Below are positions 1-11,788 of a DNA stretch of 35,634 bases, piece after piece. A program made the position numbers and the translations under genes. The notes beneath the pieces are model-generated. The model was not told where the DNA came from. It was given only the letters and a program-made list of their open reading frames with translations, and made no database searches. The stretch is from the NCBI GenBank assembly GCA_037441705.1, contig JBBIRR010000040.1, positions 1 to 35,634 on the forward strand. The letters run 5' to 3'. Source of the stretch: Ignavibacteriales bacterium (GTDB lineage: Bacteria > Bacteroidota > Ignavibacteria > UBA10030 > UBA6906). Each line of letters opens with the position of its first letter. The stretch's first letter is position 1.

Positions 1-168
1 AGGAATTCACGCCGAAGACTGCACGCCGAACCGGAGTGGAATTGACCGCCACGGACGACGTGGCGAGATCTTCGCTTGTCTGCCACGGGCGGACTTCGAA
101 AACTATTGCTGCTGAGAGCCTTATCGAAGAAAACTTTCTTCCTCATCAAGTATCGAAGGAGCGGGGTC

Positions 169-1164
169 ATGGAAACCCAACACTCATCGGATGCTCTCCA
201 GCATCGCAGGTCTTTCCGAACTGTTTTGGTCACCGTGAGCGTGTTGGTGGTGCCTGCAACGCTGACGCTGATGACGATCCGACAACCGGGCGTCCTTGTT
301 CTTTCATCGGACAATCCCACGCCGCTGGGCTACACGGCGAGCTTGCTGCTGTTTGTGGTGCCGCTTGCGTGCATCGGCTGGTGGTTCCTGCGCCGACCGG
401 ATCTCGAGTTCCCGCGCAAGGCGTTCTGGTGGACGGTAGCTGTGCTGGTACCCGCCGGCATCACGCTTGACGTTCTGTTTGGTACGAGTTTCTTCACGTT
501 CCAGAACACGCACGCGGTTGTGGGCATCTTCGTGCCCGCCGTCGGCGGTGAAGTTCCGATAGAGGAGTTCGTCTTTTATATCAGCGGCTTCATGCTCATT
601 CTGTTGACGTACATCTGGTGCGACGAGTATTGGCTAAGTGCGTACAACGTGCCGTCCTACCACGACGCGGTGAAAGGCATTCCGCGCATCGTTCGGTTTC
701 ATGCGGGGTCGGTTGCGGTGGGCTGCGTGCTGCTTGCCGCGGCAATTCTGTACAGGAAGTTGGTGGCGTCCTCGCCGGATGGTTTTCCATTCTACTTTAC
801 GTATCTCGTGCTTGTCGCCATCATTCCTTCGGTGGGATTTTTCGAAGCGACCAAACGCTTCATCAACTGGCAAGCATTTGGGTTTACGTTCTTTCCTATT
901 TTGCTGATCAGCCTCCTGTGGGAAGCGACGCTGGCGATACCGTATCAGTGGTGGGGATATCGGGAGGAGGCGATGATGGGCATCAGCATCGGCGCGTGGT
1001 CGGGACTGCCACTGGAGGCCGTCTGTGTGTGGCTTGCGGTGACGTTCGCGACGGTGATCACGTATGAGGTCATGAAAGTCTGGCACGCCACGGGAAAGAA
1101 GGCGCGCGAAGCGTTCTTTGGCGTCTCGCTGCCCGCGGCAGGGTCGCCGCGTCAAGAGCGTTGA
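169..1164 (+). CDS. Integral membrane protein with two lycopene-cyclase-like (CrtYc/Yd-type) repeats
   Basis: Multiple TM helices in two similar halves. First half has GGEVPIEEFVFY (PxEE motif); second has LLWEATLA...WWGY...GLPLEAV. ATG at 169 follows AGGAG (157-161); the ORF is open from 76. Confidence 0.6.
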   Translation: METQHSSDALQHRRSFRTVLVTVSVLVVPATLTLMTIRQPGVLVLSSDNPTPLGYTASLLLFVVPLACIGWWFLRRPDLEFPRKAFWWTVAVLVPAGITLDVLFGTSFFTFQNTHAVVGIFVPAVGGEVPIEEFVFYISGFMLILLTYIWCDEYWLSAYNVPSYHDAVKGIPRIVRFHAGSVAVGCVLLAAAILYRKLVASSPDGFPFYFTYLVLVAIIPSVGFFEATKRFINWQAFGFTFFPILLISLLWEATLAIPYQWWGYREEAMMGISIGAWSGLPLEAVCVWLAVTFATVITYEVMKVWHATGKKAREAFFGVSLPAAGSPRQER

Positions 1165-1169
1165 TAGGT

Positions 1170-1493
1170 TTACACGATTGCGCGCCGGAGCGTGCGCTTC
1201 AGATCGTGGATGCGGCGGAGCGCCTTCTTGTACTCGTCGTAGTTTTTTTGTTGGAGTGCCTCGTCGCGCTTGGCTTTCATCTGGCGGATCTCCGCCTTGA
1301 TTGCCCCCTTGTTTGCGAGTTTCGCTACGTGGTGTTCGTGCGCTTCGATGCCGAGCGCAATGCACAAGGCGGGCAGCAGTTTCTCTTTGTGCATCGTGCT
1401 GAAGCCTTTGACAGCGTCGTGCTGAACACCTTCGGCAATCTTCCGCAACTCTGCCACCGTCATGTTGCTCAGCTGTTCGTAGGTGTAGGCCAT
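1170..1493 (-). CDS. Small basic protein (107 aa) with Rho termination factor N-terminal-like helical domain
   Basis: YEQLSNMTVAELRKIAEG...KGFSTMHKEKLLPAL resembles the Rho_N pattern, followed by a K/R-rich coiled coil. ATG at 1493 with GGAGG at 1505-1501. Confidence 0.7.
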   Translation of the reverse strand: MAYTYEQLSNMTVAELRKIAEGVQHDAVKGFSTMHKEKLLPALCIALGIEAHEHHVAKLANKGAIKAEIRQMKAKRDEALQQKNYDEYKKALRRIHDLKRTLRRAIV

Positions 1494-1530
1494 GATCGAA
1501 CCTCCGTGATGTTGGTGTGCGTTCAGAAAG

Positions 1531-1559
1531 AAAGTACAAGATCGGGCGGGGAATTTCAA
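1531..1559 (-). promoter_or_regulatory. Putative sigma70 promoter for the Rho-N-like gene
   Basis: Minus strand reads TTGAAA-17 bp-TACTTT, ending 37 bp upstream of the ATG. Confidence 0.55.
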
Positions 1560-1592
1560 GAACGGAGGAGCCTTTCCATCCCCCAACAATCC

Positions 1593-3164
1593 TCAAAAAT
1601 CCCCGCGTCTCAACTCACTCAGGAACACTGCAATCTCATCCTGCACGCGGCGGTACACACGCGCTTCGGTTGGGTAGTTCATCATCATAATAGAGAAGGC
1701 GAGCCACTCGCCGTCCAGCGTCAGTACGTAGCCGGAGAGCGAGCTGACGCCGCTGAGTGTTCCGGTCTTGGCGCGGACATTGCCGTGCGCGCTCGTGTAT
1801 CTCATCCTCTTGCGGATCGTCCCGTCAATGCCGGCGAGTGGCAGCGAGTTATTGAACGACGAGAAGTGCGGCGAGGCGTACATATCCTCGAGGACACGAA
1901 CCAGGATGGCGGGCGATATCAGGTTGTGGCGCGAAAGTCCGGATCCGTCGGCGATGCGCAGCCAGAGCGTGTCGATGCCGAGTCCGGCGAGATACTCTTT
2001 GATGATCGTCGCGCCTGCCCGCGTGCTGCCTGGCGGCCCGTATCGTTCGGCTGCAAGCGTCTTGATCAACGCTTCCCCCGAAAGGTTGTCGCTCTCCTTG
2101 TTCAGGTATGCGACAACGGAATCAAGTGGATGGGCAAGGGAGGCGATCTCGATGGCGGAGGCAGGGACAGTATCGATGCCGGTCTCGCTCACCATCGTGC
2201 CGGCCGTTTGCAGTCGTTCGGCAAACACGTGTGTCGCGTAGCGTTCCGGCTGCCAGAGGCTGAGTGCCGTGCTGTCGACGCGCTGGCGCCGCATCATCTC
2301 TCCTTCAACGGTGAGGATGTTTGACCGCTCGCGATACTTGCGCGAGAGCTTCACGCGCGTGGTGACGCCGCGGGCGGTTGTCCGTCCGGTGTTTTCGATC
2401 GTTACAAAACTTGTCGGGGGATCCGTCCAGACGATGAGCGGTTCGCCGACGCGGCGTCCGGGTCGCGCAAACAGCTTGATCGCATTGCCGTTGAGAATCA
2501 GCGGCGTGATGAACATCTGATATGCTTCCGGTTCGTCATTCCAATTCCACCCATAACCCCAGTACTCATCGTCAAAGTAGGAAACATCTCCCACTATACG
2601 CCATTGTTGTGCGGGCGAAACGATGCGTCGCACGAGCCTTGCCAGTGAGTCCGCGTCCTTCGTTTGGAAGAGTGCGTCGCCAAAGCCCTTGAGATAGAGC
2701 GTGTTGGATGATGCATCGAGGTACACGGAAGTTTTGAACGGAAACGAGCCGCCCAGGCGCGTCAGAGCGGCTGCTGCTGTGATGAGCTTCTGCCCCGAGC
2801 CGGGATTGAACAGTGCGTGTGCATTCAGCTCGTATAGGGTTTCGTTTCTCGTCAACGAAATTACTTTCACACCGATATGAGCCGGTGGGAAGAGGTCATC
2901 GGGGATGAGTGAGTCGATGCGCGCCTTAAGTGTCGGATACGGCGATACGCTCAACGAGGTAATCGGGCTCGGTTTGACGAAGACCGGCACGACATCGGGT
3001 TTCGGCGTTTCATCTGGTGTCGGTGTGGGGGAGGTGAGTGTGGGCGATGGAAGTGTCTTCGGTGGCTGCTGTTGCTTCTGCTGCGGACGCGGTGTTGCGC
3101 AGGAACTGATCAGGAGGGAAACCATACAGATGGAGCAGTAAGCGCGTCGCAAATGCACGTTCAT
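1593..3164 (-). CDS. dacB: D-alanyl-D-alanine carboxypeptidase/endopeptidase (PBP4, peptidase S13), probable lipoprotein
   Basis: SxxK (PGSGQK), SxN (ESDN) and KTG (AKTGTLSGV) motifs, plus DGSGLSRHN. N-terminal LLISSC lipobox-like site and a Pro/Thr-rich linker. Confidence 0.93.
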   Translation of the reverse strand: MNVHLRRAYCSICMVSLLISSCATPRPQQKQQQPPKTLPSPTLTSPTPTPDETPKPDVVPVFVKPSPITSLSVSPYPTLKARIDSLIPDDLFPPAHIGVKVISLTRNETLYELNAHALFNPGSGQKLITAAAALTRLGGSFPFKTSVYLDASSNTLYLKGFGDALFQTKDADSLARLVRRIVSPAQQWRIVGDVSYFDDEYWGYGWNWNDEPEAYQMFITPLILNGNAIKLFARPGRRVGEPLIVWTDPPTSFVTIENTGRTTARGVTTRVKLSRKYRERSNILTVEGEMMRRQRVDSTALSLWQPERYATHVFAERLQTAGTMVSETGIDTVPASAIEIASLAHPLDSVVAYLNKESDNLSGEALIKTLAAERYGPPGSTRAGATIIKEYLAGLGIDTLWLRIADGSGLSRHNLISPAILVRVLEDMYASPHFSSFNNSLPLAGIDGTIRKRMRYTSAHGNVRAKTGTLSGVSSLSGYVLTLDGEWLAFSIMMMNYPTEARVYRRVQDEIAVFLSELRRGDF

Positions 3165-3310
3165 TTACTTCCTTTCAATGCATCAGATGCAGAATGCTGA
3201 GATCAGGTTCGATCAGAGTTTCGCCGTTCACGTGAACGATCGGCGGAAAAGTATTTCGGCGGGGACATTCGCGGCGATCGTTCCTCGGGATTGGACGCGG
3301 ATTGCGTGCC

Positions 3311-3339
3311 TTGTATGTCCCTGAAATTCTGTCTATATT
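3311..3339 (+). promoter_or_regulatory. Putative sigma70 promoter of secA
   Basis: TTGTAT-17 bp-TATATT in the AT-rich stretch about 40 bp upstream of the start. Confidence 0.55.
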
Positions 3340-3377
3340 AAGTCGAATTTTTGAAACATTCACAACTGTGATGGGTG

Positions 3378-6440
<3,063 letters not shown>

Positions 6441-6537
6441 CTCTCTCGAATGGAACGCTCCACGCGCAAGCTTCAGCCGCCGGTTCCTCAAGTCTCGCGC
6501 CGATGGCGCTCTCCACTGCGACCGGGATTCTCTCTGA

Positions 6538-6903
<366 letters not shown>

Positions 6904-6937
6904 GTGTGCCTCTCGGAATGTGGATGCCGGCGTGAAT

Positions 6938-6966
6938 GCCCCGTACCGTTGACGGGGCTTTTGTTT
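6938..6966 (+). terminator. Intrinsic terminator after glnB
   Basis: Stem GCCCCGT/ACGGGGC with 7 nt loop, followed by TTTTGTTT. Confidence 0.75.
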
Positions 6967-6980
6967 GATCGAGAATCAGG

Positions 6981-7895
6981 ATGAGCGAACACCCCCAGGA
7001 CTTTCGCTGCGGTTACGTGACGATCATCGGCGAGCCGAACGTCGGCAAATCCACGCTGATGAACAATCTGCTGCAGCAGAAAATCTCCATTGTGACGCCC
7101 AAGCCACAGACCACGCGGCATAAAGTTCTCGGCATTCTCTCGACGGACGCCTACCAGATTATCTTTCTTGATACACCGGGCATCATCAAGCCCAAGTACA
7201 AGTTGCAAGAAGTGATGATGGAGTTCGCGTCGCTGGCAATCCAGGACGCCGACGTACTGCTGTTTATGATCGACGCGACGAGGCCGCGCACCGAGAAAGC
7301 GCTCGCACAGACCGAGGCGTTTGAGAAAGTCCAGGGCTTGAGCAAGCCGGTGTTTCTCGTCATCAACAAGGTGGATCTCGTGAACAAGGCTGAGGTTCTT
7401 CCCGTCATCGAGTTCTATTCTCAGCGGTATCCGTTCAAGGAAATTTTTCCCATCTCGGCGCTGCAGCTCATCGGGACGCAGGATCTTCTCGCTGCCATCG
7501 TGCCGCTGCTTCCCGTGCATCCGCCCCTGTATCCGACCGACATCGTGAGCGAGCAGAGCGAGCGGTTCTTCGTCAGCGAGATAATCCGCGAGAAGATTTT
7601 CCTGTGCACGAAGGAGGAAGTTCCGTATTCAACGACGGTGGAGATTATTGATTTCAAAGAGCGTGACGCGGGCAAGACGCTGATCCGGGCCGAGATTTAC
7701 GTCGAGCGCGACTCGCAGAAAGGCATCATTATCGGTTCACAGGGCGGACGATTGAAGGAAATCGGCGAGAAGGCGCGGAAGGAAATCGAGGCATTCCTTC
7801 AAAGGCCGGTGTATCTCGATCTGCATGTGAAGGTTCAAAAGGATTGGCGCGACAACCCTGCGGCGCTGGCGCGGCTGGGGTACAAAGCGTCGTAA
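6981..7895 (+). CDS. era: GTPase Era
   Basis: GEPNVGKST, KPQTTR, DTPG, NKVD and ISAL GTPase motifs, plus C-terminal KH domain (SQKGIIIG). Confidence 0.98.
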   Translation: MSEHPQDFRCGYVTIIGEPNVGKSTLMNNLLQQKISIVTPKPQTTRHKVLGILSTDAYQIIFLDTPGIIKPKYKLQEVMMEFASLAIQDADVLLFMIDATRPRTEKALAQTEAFEKVQGLSKPVFLVINKVDLVNKAEVLPVIEFYSQRYPFKEIFPISALQLIGTQDLLAAIVPLLPVHPPLYPTDIVSEQSERFFVSEIIREKIFLCTKEEVPYSTTVEIIDFKERDAGKTLIRAEIYVERDSQKGIIIGSQGGRLKEIGEKARKEIEAFLQRPVYLDLHVKVQKDWRDNPAALARLGYKAS

Positions 7896-7962
7896 ATGCA
7901 CATGTGAGCTTCTTGCCCGAATCCTTCAGCGCTTCCCCTGTGCCGCCTGTGTCGGCAACTTC

Positions 7963-8121
7963 CTATCGTAGAAAGATCAGATAGTACACCACATACAGCC
8001 ACGAGAAGAACCCGTGGATGATCGCCCAGAGGACGGACTTGTTCAGCGACCACGAGATGCAGATTGCCAGCGCCGTGCCGAAGCTGACCCCGCTGCGAAT
8101 GACTTCTTTTCTGAATTCCAT
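7963..8121 (-). CDS. Small (52 aa) two-helix membrane protein of unknown function
   Basis: MEFRKEVIRSGVSFGTALAICISWSLNKSVLWAIIHGFFSWLYVVYYLIFLR. ATG lies 1 nt after the deaminase stop, and GGAG lies just upstream. Confidence 0.75.
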   Translation of the reverse strand: MEFRKEVIRSGVSFGTALAICISWSLNKSVLWAIIHGFFSWLYVVYYLIFLR

Positions 8122-8122
8122 G

Positions 8123-8569
8123 TTAGTGTTCTCCGATGTCTTCGTTCCAGATGTCCGAATGGTGTGTGATGTAGTGAGCAAGCATCTCGATACACTCTTG
8201 TGCATGAAGGTCGACCACCTCGACGCCATGTTCGCGCAGCCACTGCACGCCGCCCGAGAAATTCACCGACTCGCCGACAATCACCTTCCCGATCTTGAAC
8301 TGCCGGATCAATCCGCTGCAATACCAGCACGGCGCGAGCGTGGTGACCATGATTTTGTCGCGGTAGGTTTTCTGGCGTCCGGCTTTGCGGAAGGCGTCGG
8401 TCTCGGCGTGGAGTGAAGGATCGCCGTCCTGCACACGGCGGTTATGTCCCCGGCTGAGCAGGGTACCCCGGGCGTCGAACAGCGCAGCGCCAATAGGAAT
8501 TCCTCCTTCGTCTAAACCTTTGCGCGCTTCCTCGATTGCGATGCGAAGCATGTCGAATTCAGTCTGCAT
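8123..8569 (-). CDS. Zn-dependent nucleoside/cytosine deaminase (yeast FCY1-like, CDA superfamily)
   Basis: HAE...PCWYC zinc motif, GGIPIGA, GHNRRVQ, and C-terminal WNEDIGE typical of FCY1-type cytosine deaminases. Confidence 0.9.
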   Translation of the reverse strand: MQTEFDMLRIAIEEARKGLDEGGIPIGAALFDARGTLLSRGHNRRVQDGDPSLHAETDAFRKAGRQKTYRDKIMVTTLAPCWYCSGLIRQFKIGKVIVGESVNFSGGVQWLREHGVEVVDLHAQECIEMLAHYITHHSDIWNEDIGEH

Positions 8570-8599
8570 TTCTCAATCCTTTCTTCACTCCAATTCGAG

Positions 8600-9406
8600 C
8601 TATTGCTCGACGAGAAACTTATCGTAGAAGAGTTTCAGAATCATGACGGCGACGACAGCAACGAACACAGGTCTGATGACACCGGCACCGCGACGGATAA
8701 CGACGCCGGAACCGAGCCGCGAGCCGAGAATTTGTCCGGCAGCCATGGTAATGCCCGACGCGATCAAGATGTGACCCCCAACGGCGAACGTGAGCAGCGA
8801 GGCGACGTTGCTTGTGAAGTTCATCAGTCGTGTGTATCCGGTTGCACGCTGCAGGTTGAAGCCGAGCAAGGTGATGAAGGCAATGGCCCAGAACGATCCG
8901 ATGCCGGGACCGAAGAAGCCGTCATAGAATCCGAACAGCGTACCAACGAAAGGGTAGAATAGTGATGGCGTCACCCGCGCCTGAGTCTCGGTCTCGCCGA
9001 ATCTCGGAGTGATGATGGTGTAGATGAGAATGCCGGCAAGCATGAAGGGAATGATTCTGCCGAGTGCCTGTGCATCTACTTGCTGGACCGACCACGCGCC
9101 GAGCATTGCTCCGCCGAAGGTGAAGAACACGCCGCGTCCGGCGCCGCGTAGCACGACGTTCTTTTTTCGGATGTGATAGAGACTTGCCGTCAAGCTTCCA
9201 AAACTCGATTGAAACTTGTTTGTCCCGAGCGCGTCCTGAGGGGGAAGGCCGACACTCAGCAGCACCGGCAGGGTTATCAGTCCGCCGCCGCCAGCGATAG
9301 AATCAATGAACCCGGCAACGGTGCCTGCGGTAAAGAGGAACAATAAGGTCCAGGTCAACTCAGTCAAGACGGCATCACCATCGTTGAGGAATATCTTCAG
9401 GCTCAT
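8600..9406 (-). CDS. TauE/SafE (TSUP, YfcA-like) family transporter
   Basis: AGFIDSIAGGGGLITLP, ALGTNKFQ and GFYDGFFGPGIG motifs; multi-TM. Start is uncertain (ATG 9406 or TTG near 9367). Confidence 0.9.
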   Translation of the reverse strand: MSLKIFLNDGDAVLTELTWTLLFLFTAGTVAGFIDSIAGGGGLITLPVLLSVGLPPQDALGTNKFQSSFGSLTASLYHIRKKNVVLRGAGRGVFFTFGGAMLGAWSVQQVDAQALGRIIPFMLAGILIYTIITPRFGETETQARVTPSLFYPFVGTLFGFYDGFFGPGIGSFWAIAFITLLGFNLQRATGYTRLMNFTSNVASLLTFAVGGHILIASGITMAAGQILGSRLGSGVVIRRGAGVIRPVFVAVVAVMILKLFYDKFLVEQ

Positions 9407-9559
9407 GCTGCCTGCGGGCGAGTGCCGATGCAAACTCCCGCGCATGCAACGAGCATGTGCGAGAACCCGCAAACAGAATATCCATGAACGGGAGAACGCC
9501 GAAGCACGAAGGCAGGAAGCCGAAACAGCAACGGCCGCAGAAGTGTTACATCGAGAGCT

Positions 9560-10516
9560 TCAGTTCGTCGGCCGGCTTGGGAAACCCAGCGCGGCCATGG
9601 CGTTGAGCACCATCAGGGCCGCGTGCTTGAAATACAGATCGGGGCGTTCGGACTTCGACGGTGGAATAATATACGGCACTCGATGCTTCTGGACAACTGC
9701 CTGCATCTTGCTGAGGCGCGAAGGCTCGAATCCCACCATCATCACAAGGAGAGGCCAACCCTCCAGCTTGCAAAGGCGAATGATTTCGTCAACAAGAATG
9801 TAGGTGATCTGATCGAACTTCGCGCGTTCAGTTTCATCTTCCGGAATCTTCGGCACGCGTGCTGTTGCCCAATACGCTTCGCGGATGAATCCCAAAAGGT
9901 ACGAATACGAAAGGCCGGGGAGGGCTTCGACCAAACTTTGTCCAAAGCGCAAACCTCCCTGAGGACCGGGCTGCTGTTCGAGCAACGTGCCATCGTCCGA
10001 CATCACGAACAGGCGTTCTTGCAAGTTCTCGTGAAAGTCATTGTCCATGAGCTGCAAAACGATAAGCTGCGGATTGTAGCGTTTGCCTTCGCGTCGGAGG
10101 AACTTGAGCCAGCGTCCGCTTCCCGCATTACCAATCCCCGCGTTGATGACAGGAACGAAATCGGGTCCGTAGCGCTGGTTCAACGCGCTCCGCACAAGCG
10201 CGGGAAATTCCTCGCCGTCACTCACGCCGAGGCCTTCGGTGAAGGAATCGCCGAGGAAGAGAATGCCTCGTTCAGGAAACGTCGGCGGCTCGGGGCCGCG
10301 GTGTCCGAGGGAGTTTGTCGACAACTGCATGCGAAACTCAGGACAGATGCGTTCGCATGAGAAATTTTTCTTGAGAGATTTTCCATACACGGGATCGTAT
10401 TCGGTAAAGGAGGGTCCGACATTACGGACGGGGACGAAAAGCCGAACGATGACTTCGTCGATCACAAGCGCGGCTGCCACACCAACGAGGAAGAGTTTGA
10501 GCGTTCGAGGAACCAT
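9560..10516 (-). CDS. Membrane-anchored SGNH/GDSL-like protein lacking the C-terminal catalytic DxxH block
   Basis: N-terminal TM, NSLGHRG, block I FLGDSFTEG, block II INAGIG and block III DND. Ends DLYFKHAALMV with no DxxH. Confidence 0.75.
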   Translation of the reverse strand: MVPRTLKLFLVGVAAALVIDEVIVRLFVPVRNVGPSFTEYDPVYGKSLKKNFSCERICPEFRMQLSTNSLGHRGPEPPTFPERGILFLGDSFTEGLGVSDGEEFPALVRSALNQRYGPDFVPVINAGIGNAGSGRWLKFLRREGKRYNPQLIVLQLMDNDFHENLQERLFVMSDDGTLLEQQPGPQGGLRFGQSLVEALPGLSYSYLLGFIREAYWATARVPKIPEDETERAKFDQITYILVDEIIRLCKLEGWPLLVMMVGFEPSRLSKMQAVVQKHRVPYIIPPSKSERPDLYFKHAALMVLNAMAALGFPSRPTN

Positions 10517-10879
10517 CAATGCCCCCGAATGTGCAATGCGGTGTCAACGCCGGCAGTGGGGGCGTAGGTATCCACCTGCCCACTCCCTGCTTGCCTTTGA
10601 TGATCTGCTGCGGTATCCAGCCACACCGGACTCTCCTCCGTGACGTTTCTATGGGAGAGTGACAAACGCTGTTGGGAAAGAACGGCAACCGGCGTTAATG
10701 TACGAGGGATTCCGTTTCCGTGCAAACTCTCTTTGGAGAGTGTCGCGCGCGACACCTGGCACAAGCAGTACCGGTTTTGCGTCCGCAGGCACACCCCCGG
10801 CTTTGCCTCGTTATCGCATTCTTTGTACCTTGTTTCACGGCAAAGCGGATCCTGTCAATATTCTTGTGCAGAGAGTGAA

Positions 10880-11788
10880 TTGAATTCGGAGCGCACACGC
10901 GTCTGGCTTTCCTACATCACGGCTTGCCTTGTCTGGGGTTCCACGTGGCTTGCGATCAAGATCGGTTTGGAAGGGGTACCGCCGCTTCTGGGGGCGGGAT
11001 TACGTTTCCTTGTTGCTTCGATCATCCTGTACGCGATTGTTAAGGCGGCACACATCGAGATTCCTCGAACGCCGGAGGCGAAGCGCATCTATGCCGTCCT
11101 CGCTATTCTATCTTACACCATTCCCTTTGCATTTGTGTATTGGAGTGAGCAGCACATCCCGACCGGCCTTGCAAGTATTCTGTTCGCTGCCTTTCCCTTC
11201 TGGGTCGGAATTTTCTCTCACATCATGCTCGAACACGAACGGCTGAATGCGTTCAAGGTGGCGGGCATCACCATCGGCTTCGCCGGCATCGTCGTCATCT
11301 TTGCCGAAGATTTGCGAGTGGAAGATGCGAATGCTTTCATCGCCATGCTCATGATGCTGGCAAGCCCGATCATGCAGGCATATTGTCTGGTTCTTGTCAA
11401 GAAAATCGGACAGCCGATCAGCCCGATCGCTTTCACCTGTGTCGGGATGTTCTTCAGTAGCATCGCGCTCCTGCTTCTGAGTTTGGGTCTTGAAGCCTAC
11501 GACGAGGTTGTGTGGAGCACGGAAACCGTCGGCTCCATTCTTTACCTTGCCACCATCGGATCGGTTGTCGTGTTCGTTGCGTACTACTGGCTCCTCAAGC
11601 GCATGGAGGCGGTGTATCTTTCGCTCATCAGTTTCATCACGCCGATCATCGCCGTTGCACTCGGCGCTATCGTTCTGGATGAACAACTGGACCCGAACGT
11701 GATGCTCGGATCAGCCCTGGTTCTTGTGGGACTTGTCGTTGCAAACGGCAGATATTTCTATGGGAGAGTAAGTGAAGTCTTTGAGTAG
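10880..11788 (+). CDS. EamA/DMT family transporter
   Basis: CLVWGSTWLAIK...PPLLGAGLRF, about 10 TMs in two repeats. Probable TTG start at 10880; the upstream ORF extension looks non-coding. Confidence 0.9.
   Translation: MNSERTRVWLSYITACLVWGSTWLAIKIGLEGVPPLLGAGLRFLVASIILYAIVKAAHIEIPRTPEAKRIYAVLAILSYTIPFAFVYWSEQHIPTGLASILFAAFPFWVGIFSHIMLEHERLNAFKVAGITIGFAGIVVIFAEDLRVEDANAFIAMLMMLASPIMQAYCLVLVKKIGQPISPIAFTCVGMFFSSIALLLLSLGLEAYDEVVWSTETVGSILYLATIGSVVVFVAYYWLLKRMEAVYLSLISFITPIIAVALGAIVLDEQLDPNVMLGSALVLVGLVVANGRYFYGRVSEVFE

Noticed and set aside
1-168. Possible 3' end of an upstream gene (frame ending ...FENYCC-stop) and ORF 36-470
   Set aside because: Too short and with no recognisable family, so I cannot choose a frame.
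634-2324. ORFs 634-1596 (-) and 1161-2324 (+)
   Set aside because: They overlap better-supported genes (cyclase-like, Rho-N-like, dacB) and have no domain features.
9485-9535. GGAGA...CGCCGAAG resembling a glycine riboswitch fragment
   Set aside because: Wrong strand for the adjacent TauE gene, and it lacks the CTCTCAGG element.
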